From Ktedonobacteraceae bacterium (GTDB taxonomy: Bacteria; Chloroflexota; Ktedonobacteria; Ktedonobacterales; Ktedonobacteraceae): 38,588 bases of DNA. Made by a program: the position numbers and the translations under genes. The stretch covers positions 1 to 38,588 of the forward strand of contig DASYAN010000358.1 in NCBI GenBank assembly GCA_036501345.1, in the 5' to 3' direction. Shown here in pieces: positions 34,065 through 38,588 of this stretch. Under the pieces are notes generated by a model. It had not been told where the DNA came from, did no database searches, and saw nothing but the letters and a program-made list of their open reading frames with translations. Every line of letters starts with the position of its first letter. Position 1 is the stretch's first letter.

Positions 34065-34067
34065 ACT

Positions 34068-35756
34068 TTACTTTTCCTCTCCCACAAAAAATGATGTGAT
34101 AACACGCTCAACCACATCAGTGGGCATGGGTGTAACAACTACCTCGCCGATACGTCTCGGCATCACCCAATGCACCTGTTTGCCCATAACCTTCTTATCT
34201 AGCTGCATGGTCTTGAGAATATCTTGCACACGCGCAGAGCCATGATAGATGACAGGTAAGCCCAGAGCAGCAAGGAGCCGATTTTGGCGTACCACATCAG
34301 TGGCTGCAAACATACCAGCTTCTTGCGCAATGGTAGCCGCGACGACCATACCAAGTGAGACAGCTTCGCCATGTAACCACTCACCATAGCCAGAAACGTT
34401 CTCCAGCGCATGACCCACGGTGTGACCATAATTCAAAATGGCGCGTCGTCCCTGCTCCCGTTCATCACCCTCGATCACTTGTGCCTTCAAGTCGATACTA
34501 CGTGCTACAATATGGCAGAGCAGGTCGATTGGAGGCTGAGAAAAATCCCGCAATGCATCTGTATGGGTCTCAAGCAGAGCGAATAAGTCAGCGTCGAGTA
34601 TAATACCATACTTTACAATTTCTGCCCATCCCTCTGTACGTGAGCGAGCAGGTAAGGTCAGCAGGGTGGAAGGATCTGCGAGAACGAGACGCGGATGGTA
34701 AAAAGCACCAATCAGGTTCTTTCCCTTGGGATGATTGATCCCTGTTTTACCACCAATTGCAGCGTCAACCTGTGCTAGCAGTGAGGTGGGGACTTGAACG
34801 AAAGGTACACCACGAAGATAGGTCGCAGCTATATACCCAACCAGGTCTCCTACGACGCCACCACCCAGAGCAATTAGTGCTTCACGACGTTCCGCATGGT
34901 GCTCGATCAACCAATCATAGATCGCATTGACCTGTTGCTGAGATTTACTAGTTTCGCCAGCAGGAATGCTGTAAATAGTCGGTTCAAAGCCAGCGGCAGA
35001 AAGATTCTGTGCAATTCCCAGCGCATACAGGTCATAAAGGTTGCTATCAGTAATCAGAAATAACCGCGATGGGAGATGCAACTGTTTAAGGTAGTCTGTC
35101 AGACGTCCAATCCCACCCCAATCAATAACTGCATCATAGCCCTCCCCAACTTGGACATGCCGCACAATCGGGGAGCCCCCACCCAGTTTACCAGAACTTG
35201 TCAGCATAGCAATAATCTCCAAAGTAGCCTGTTCTGCACTCTTCCCCAGGGTCGAACAAGTAAACTCAGCCTCTTCATACCAGGCTAAACGAGCATTAAG
35301 CAAGCTTTGTAGTGCAGCAAGAGGATCGGGACCAGCTAGAAGTGGACGCAGTTCAGGAGTACATCCCTGGGACTGTTCAGTTTCATATTGCTTCCACAGA
35401 CGTTGCAGAGCAACATGGGGTTCAATCTGCAAGAAAATACGCACTCCCTGCTCAGCTATCGTAACGCGGTTCTCCGGTCTCACAACCACTCCCCCACCCG
35501 TAACGATGATGGCACTTTCAGTCTCTTGAGCAGCCTGTGCTAGTACATGACTCTCAAGTGAGCGGAAATATTCTTCGCCATGTCGAGCAAAAATTGCTGA
35601 AATGCACTCCCCATACTCCTTTTCAATGAGTGCGTCGACATCGAGCAAAGGTTTATTCAATCGCTGGGCCAGAATACGGCCAACAGTACTTTTTCCACTG
35701 CCTGAAAGTCCAATTAAAAAGATGTGTCGCATGTGGCTATTATAACATCGCGACAA
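34068..35756 (-). CDS. aroKB: Bifunctional shikimate kinase / 3-dehydroquinate synthase
   Basis: 562 aa. The N-terminal P-loop kinase reads IFLIGLSGSGKSTVGRILAQRL. The C-terminal AroB part has GGGVVGDLVGYIAATYLRGVPFVQVPTSLLAQVDAAIGGKTGIN and HTVGHALE. The start may be the Met at 35732. Confidence 0.9.
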   Translation of the reverse strand: MSRCYNSHMRHIFLIGLSGSGKSTVGRILAQRLNKPLLDVDALIEKEYGECISAIFARHGEEYFRSLESHVLAQAAQETESAIIVTGGGVVVRPENRVTIAEQGVRIFLQIEPHVALQRLWKQYETEQSQGCTPELRPLLAGPDPLAALQSLLNARLAWYEEAEFTCSTLGKSAEQATLEIIAMLTSSGKLGGGSPIVRHVQVGEGYDAVIDWGGIGRLTDYLKQLHLPSRLFLITDSNLYDLYALGIAQNLSAAGFEPTIYSIPAGETSKSQQQVNAIYDWLIEHHAERREALIALGGGVVGDLVGYIAATYLRGVPFVQVPTSLLAQVDAAIGGKTGINHPKGKNLIGAFYHPRLVLADPSTLLTLPARSRTEGWAEIVKYGIILDADLFALLETHTDALRDFSQPPIDLLCHIVARSIDLKAQVIEGDEREQGRRAILNYGHTVGHALENVSGYGEWLHGEAVSLGMVVAATIAQEAGMFAATDVVRQNRLLAALGLPVIYHGSARVQDILKTMQLDKKVMGKQVHWVMPRRIGEVVVTPMPTDVVERVITSFFVGEEK

Positions 35757-35781
35757 GTCAGGGAGCTATATATGGGACTCC

Positions 35782-35873
35782 GTGCTTGGAGATCTGCTCT
35801 GATAGTCCACTTGAGTGCATAATTGTAAACCTTTGTAAAACGTCTTTGATGTCAAAGCTGATGTAAAAATGAG
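35782..35873 (+). repeat. Left copy of an imperfect direct repeat of about 92 nt flanking the DUF3800 gene
   Basis: It aligns with 36912-37004. The best block is TTGTAAAACGTCTTTGATGTCAAAGCTGATGTAAAAATGAG versus TTGTAAAAGCTTTTTGATGTAAATGGTGATGTCACAATGAG (33 of 42 positions). Additional matching blocks lie upstream (GTGCTTG..., AGTCCA..., ATTGT.AA). Confidence 0.65.
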
Positions 35874-35984
35874 CTTGTATCCTTGTCTAAGAATTCGCTT
35901 TGAATCCGAGGATTTCAAGCTCAATCTTGAATCACTGAAGCTGTATTCTTAAGATAATGATACAATGTCTCAGTCTAGCAAATC

Positions 35985-36014
35985 TTGACAAAATGGATAG
36001 AGAACTGGTATTAT
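35985..36014 (+). promoter_or_regulatory. Consensus-like sigma-70 promoter with no downstream ORF
   Basis: TTGACA (35985-35990), an 18-nt spacer, then TATTAT (36009-36014). Confidence 0.45.
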
Positions 36015-36020
36015 AAAAGG

Positions 36021-36114
36021 GATCTGAAAACCTGCCGCATGGAGGGTGTTCCGTAAGGACTAGGATTAGCCAGACTTCGCTCTGGGTTGCCAGCTCAATA
36101 CAAGCTGGTTTTTT
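36021..36114 (+). ncRNA. Candidate small RNA of about 95 nt (promoter-to-terminator unit), function unknown
   Basis: It is bounded by the promoter above and by a plus-strand intrinsic terminator, CCAGCT-caataca-AGCTGG followed by TTTTTT (36090-36114). It contains an internal CCAGA/TCTGG hairpin (36070-36086). The only ORF inside is 5 codons long. It converges on the DUF3800 stop codon. Confidence 0.35.
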
Positions 36115-36682
36115 ATGCTTCAATAACTATCTTTTTCCCTCTTAGTACTTTAAATAACTCATCTGCGTATGGTTTCTTCTCTATATAGTCCCGGATAAAA
36201 CCAGCCATACAATCAGCCAGACGCAAGAATGCGCTTTGTTCATCTTTCATACCACGAATAGCATCATATCTTATTTTTAAGCTTTTTAAATCTTTTCTAA
36301 CTTTTTCTGTATCTTTCTTTGTCAATCCATCAATAACTATTGTAGCTGCATAATCTTCTATATCTCTTGACAGAATAACCTTAGCAATAGATAATGTAGT
36401 TAGATGATTATACTCTTTTGTTTCAAAATAAACTGAATAGTAGAGAGAATATTGTAAATTTTTTATCTTAGCAATTTCTTTGATATACTGTATACGTATA
36501 CCAATTTCTTCCTTTGCCCATTTCTTCTTATTCTTTCCTGTCTTTTTTTCGATATCTTCTAGCTGCTTCTCTAATTCTTCTTTTCTTGCAGAGTCGATTA
36601 ACACAACACAGACAAGAAAAAATCTTCCTGCGGTATCTTGTCCTGTTTCATCCACATAGCAATAGAGTTTTATTTTATCCAT
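36113..36682 (-). CDS. DUF3800 family protein
   Basis: 189 aa. The N-terminal LYCYVDETGQD matches the DUF3800 (y)iDESG motif. The C-terminal FLRLADCMAGFI matches the lQlADxxag motif. The gene is markedly AT-rich relative to its neighbours. Confidence 0.7.
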   Translation of the reverse strand: MDKIKLYCYVDETGQDTAGRFFLVCVVLIDSARKEELEKQLEDIEKKTGKNKKKWAKEEIGIRIQYIKEIAKIKNLQYSLYYSVYFETKEYNHLTTLSIAKVILSRDIEDYAATIVIDGLTKKDTEKVRKDLKSLKIRYDAIRGMKDEQSAFLRLADCMAGFIRDYIEKKPYADELFKVLRGKKIVIEA

Positions 36683-36740
36683 ACATCATCCCTAAATAGA
36701 CCTTGATAGGTAAAATCATCACATGATTTCTACTAGGACT

Positions 36741-36769
36741 ATTATACGAGGCAAATCCTTGTTTGTCGA
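36741..36769 (-). promoter_or_regulatory. Promoter for the DUF3800 gene
   Basis: On the minus strand: TCGACA (36769-36764), a 17-nt spacer, then TATAAT (36746-36741). It lies about 60 nt upstream of the ATG at 36682. Confidence 0.45.
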
Positions 36770-36911
36770 TACCTCTTCAGTAACTTTGATCGTTTTTCAA
36801 TCGTGTGTCGATGCTATAAATAGTACTCCTCTGTCTGTTCAGCATATTGAGAAGGAACAGTAGTAATGAAACTGTGCAGTGGAAAGCTGAGACCTCTTCT
36901 CCAGAGAGTTT

Positions 36912-37004
36912 GTGCTTGACAAGAGGGTCTTGAAAGTCCATTGGAGTCCATGATTGTCAAGGGTTGTAAAAGCTTTTTGATGTAAATGGTGATGTCACAA
37001 TGAG
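36912..37004 (+). repeat. Right copy of the imperfect direct repeat flanking the DUF3800 gene
   Basis: See 35782-35873. It has the same orientation and is roughly three-quarters identical by eye. Confidence 0.65.
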
Positions 37005-37137
37005 GGAGAAAACCACCTGAGTTTCCACTTTGTGGGCGGTTTTCCTGGGCAGTCTTTTGCTAGTTTCCTATTGAGCTAGAAGATTTGAAGTCTCTTCTTC
37101 ACCTAAATTGCCTTTTCAAAGGGCTTCACAGACTTTG

Positions 37138-38586
37138 TTACCTATTCAAAACATCAGTCAGGCGTTGAAGTTGAGATTGAAAGTGTTTCCTCACTTCATC
37201 ATCCGTCGGAGGTTTGGTATAAGTTGGCCTTAATGCAATATAGGGATATGTTTCTAAAGTGTGGTTTAGATCTGGATCTACAGTAAAATGAGCAGCTCCA
37301 GCGATAATAAAAATTTTTTTGTCAGGAAATAGTTGTGTTATATTCTTAAGCACGTTTGCTAGTGATAAGTTCCGTTGTCTAAATATAATATCATCAAGAG
37401 TACTATGAAATTCATCATTATATAAACTTGGTGCATTTTCCATCATACTCCTTGCTTTGTTGTGTAAATCCATATTATCCCATCCAATCGCTATAATACC
37501 TTTTTGTATAAATTTTGTGTATTTACAATCTTCTTGTTTTATTGGCCTATAAGCTTGAACCCCTTCAATTAAAACGATATCATGAGGACGTGCAAGGATT
37601 TCAATAATTCTTGCGTTCCAGGTGACGTGTTCTGGAAGTTTATGATTTTCTCCTAGTGCAATAATCTTTGCATCTTTTATCTTTTCTATTGGTGTATTTG
37701 CGCTAGTCAGTTTAAAACACGCTGATTCCGAGCTGTTTTTCCTACAGTAAAACTCCCAAGTATCGGGAGGATTTTTTTGCTTTACCCCCCACTCTCCAGA
37801 GGGGAATTTTCGAGAGTATTCCCCTGGTTGGATATCAGTTCGAGAGTATTCCCCTGGTTGGATATCAGGGCGATGTTTATAAACTCCTCCTACGTTGTTA
37901 CATTTACGACTGACCTCAGAGACCATCCCATCCTCGATACCTTCTACACGGCCTGTACCCACAATCTTGTTCGTCTGGGAATCTCGATAGATTATGAGAT
38001 CTCCCACTTTCTCTTGAGAAGGCTGGACTGGCGTATAATTAGCTTGGAGAATCGTTTCAGCTGCCTCTGGGTCGTGAAGATGCCCACCGCTTTCTTCCTT
38101 CCCAAAGAATCCATAGCCAAGCCGATTACACTTGCAGTTAGGAGCTTCAATCATCTGAACCATATCATCTCTGCCTGGAGTACCGACATATCCTTGCTGT
38201 TTGAGGAGGTTCCACTCAAAAACGTTACCGAGAGAAGATCCCGATGCGACACGCAGATCTAGGAGCACGATGTTTCCTGTATCCGTGAGAAATAAATGTT
38301 TTTGGAGAGGAAAAACACGATCAGTAGCGGGAAGCCCATGTGCATGTCGCAGTCTTTCTACTGGTGTTCTTGATGTGGTATCTCTTCGGCTATCTTGTAG
38401 ATCACGCGGGCGCTCAGAATATTTAGATGATTCAACTTTGTCCATAAGATTGACGTTTGGACAAAAGAGAACCAAAGGGTGGGGAAGGTTGCGAGAGGCA
38501 GTGTGATGGGGTAAAGTTCCTTGCAGAATACAAAAAAGAGGAGCTTCACCCGAATGGACCTTACCACATTGCAGGAATTTCGGCAA
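37138..38586 (-). CDS. Large hypothetical protein (5' end may lie outside window) with a C-terminal Tiki/ChaN/TraB-superfamily-like domain
   Basis: The frame is open to the window edge; the first codon in the track is TTG, and an internal Met (MDKVESSKY) is possible. The C-terminal about 200 aa carry two GxxH-type motifs, IIALGENH and IIAGAAH, as in the Tiki/ChaN/erythromycin-esterase superfamily. The middle contains a tandem peptide repeat. Confidence 0.55.
   Translation of the reverse strand: MPKFLQCGKVHSGEAPLFCILQGTLPHHTASRNLPHPLVLFCPNVNLMDKVESSKYSERPRDLQDSRRDTTSRTPVERLRHAHGLPATDRVFPLQKHLFLTDTGNIVLLDLRVASGSSLGNVFEWNLLKQQGYVGTPGRDDMVQMIEAPNCKCNRLGYGFFGKEESGGHLHDPEAAETILQANYTPVQPSQEKVGDLIIYRDSQTNKIVGTGRVEGIEDGMVSEVSRKCNNVGGVYKHRPDIQPGEYSRTDIQPGEYSRKFPSGEWGVKQKNPPDTWEFYCRKNSSESACFKLTSANTPIEKIKDAKIIALGENHKLPEHVTWNARIIEILARPHDIVLIEGVQAYRPIKQEDCKYTKFIQKGIIAIGWDNMDLHNKARSMMENAPSLYNDEFHSTLDDIIFRQRNLSLANVLKNITQLFPDKKIFIIAGAAHFTVDPDLNHTLETYPYIALRPTYTKPPTDDEVRKHFQSQLQRLTDVLNR
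37811..37870. repeat. 30-nt tandem duplication inside the 37138-38586 ORF
   Basis: CGAGAGTATTCCCCTGGTTGGATATCAG occurs at 37811-37838 and again at 37841-37868, identical at 28 of 30 positions per unit. It encodes DIQPGEYSR twice, in frame. Confidence 0.9.
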
Positions 38587-38588
38587 GA

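Noticed and set aside
37011-37050. Inverted repeat GAAAACCACC…GGCGGTTTTC downstream of the 37138 ORF as an intrinsic terminator
   Set aside because: The stem has a mismatch and a 17-nt loop, and there is no clear U-tract on the minus strand. It is plausible but not supportable from sequence alone.
1-38588. CRISPR arrays, rRNA genes, integrase or Y1 transposase genes
   Set aside because: I saw no regularly spaced direct repeats, no rRNA-like segments, and no ORF with HUH-Y1, tyrosine or serine recombinase motifs on either strand.

Overview
No rRNA genes and no CRISPR arrays were seen in this window. It appears to come from a monoderm-type bacterium. The aroQ-pepP-efp-accB-xseAB synteny and the density of OMEGA-type elements are reminiscent of Chloroflexota/Ktedonobacteria, but I cannot verify that without a search.

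The window has three blocks.

(1) Positions 1-27.4 kb hold a large Wzy-dependent cell-surface polysaccharide locus:
- Modification genes: ATP-grasp enzyme and NodB deacetylase.
- Chain-length and assembly genes: Wzz/BY-kinase-like protein and a fused MurJ-Wzy protein.
- Sugar-nucleotide genes: nucleotide-sugar dehydrogenase, two SDR epimerases, a Gfo/Idh/MocA oxidoreductase and a DegT aminotransferase.
- Four GT4 glycosyltransferases, an AsnB-type amidotransferase, a GH114-like hydrolase, a CelD-like acyltransferase and a small priming phosphoglycosyl transferase.
- Interruptions: a tnpA-less IS200/IS605-type element carrying an Arc-like RHH gene plus tnpB, and an AT-richer islet next to an oddly built tRNA-Trp.

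(2) Positions 27.4-35.8 kb hold a housekeeping minus-strand block: DUF212, xseB, xseA, a BCCP-like protein lacking the biotinyl lysine, efp, an Xaa-Pro peptidase, aroQ and an aroK-aroB fusion. An IsrB (HNH-less IscB) OMEGA element with a long structured upstream RNA region sits between aroQ and the peptidase gene.

(3) Positions 35.8-38.6 kb hold an AT-rich accessory tail: a candidate sRNA, a DUF3800 gene flanked by about 92-nt direct repeats, and a large partial ORF with a Tiki/ChaN-like domain.

The items most worth follow-up:
- The RHH-tnpB module with an operator-embedded promoter and a TnpB whose canonical RuvC-II Glu is replaced by Gly.
- The IsrB element.
- A dispersed repeat of about 65-110 nt that supplies the leader and start codon of two unrelated genes and shares an exact 20-mer with the tnpB element end.
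- The MurJ-Wzy fusion.
- The lysine-less BCCP.
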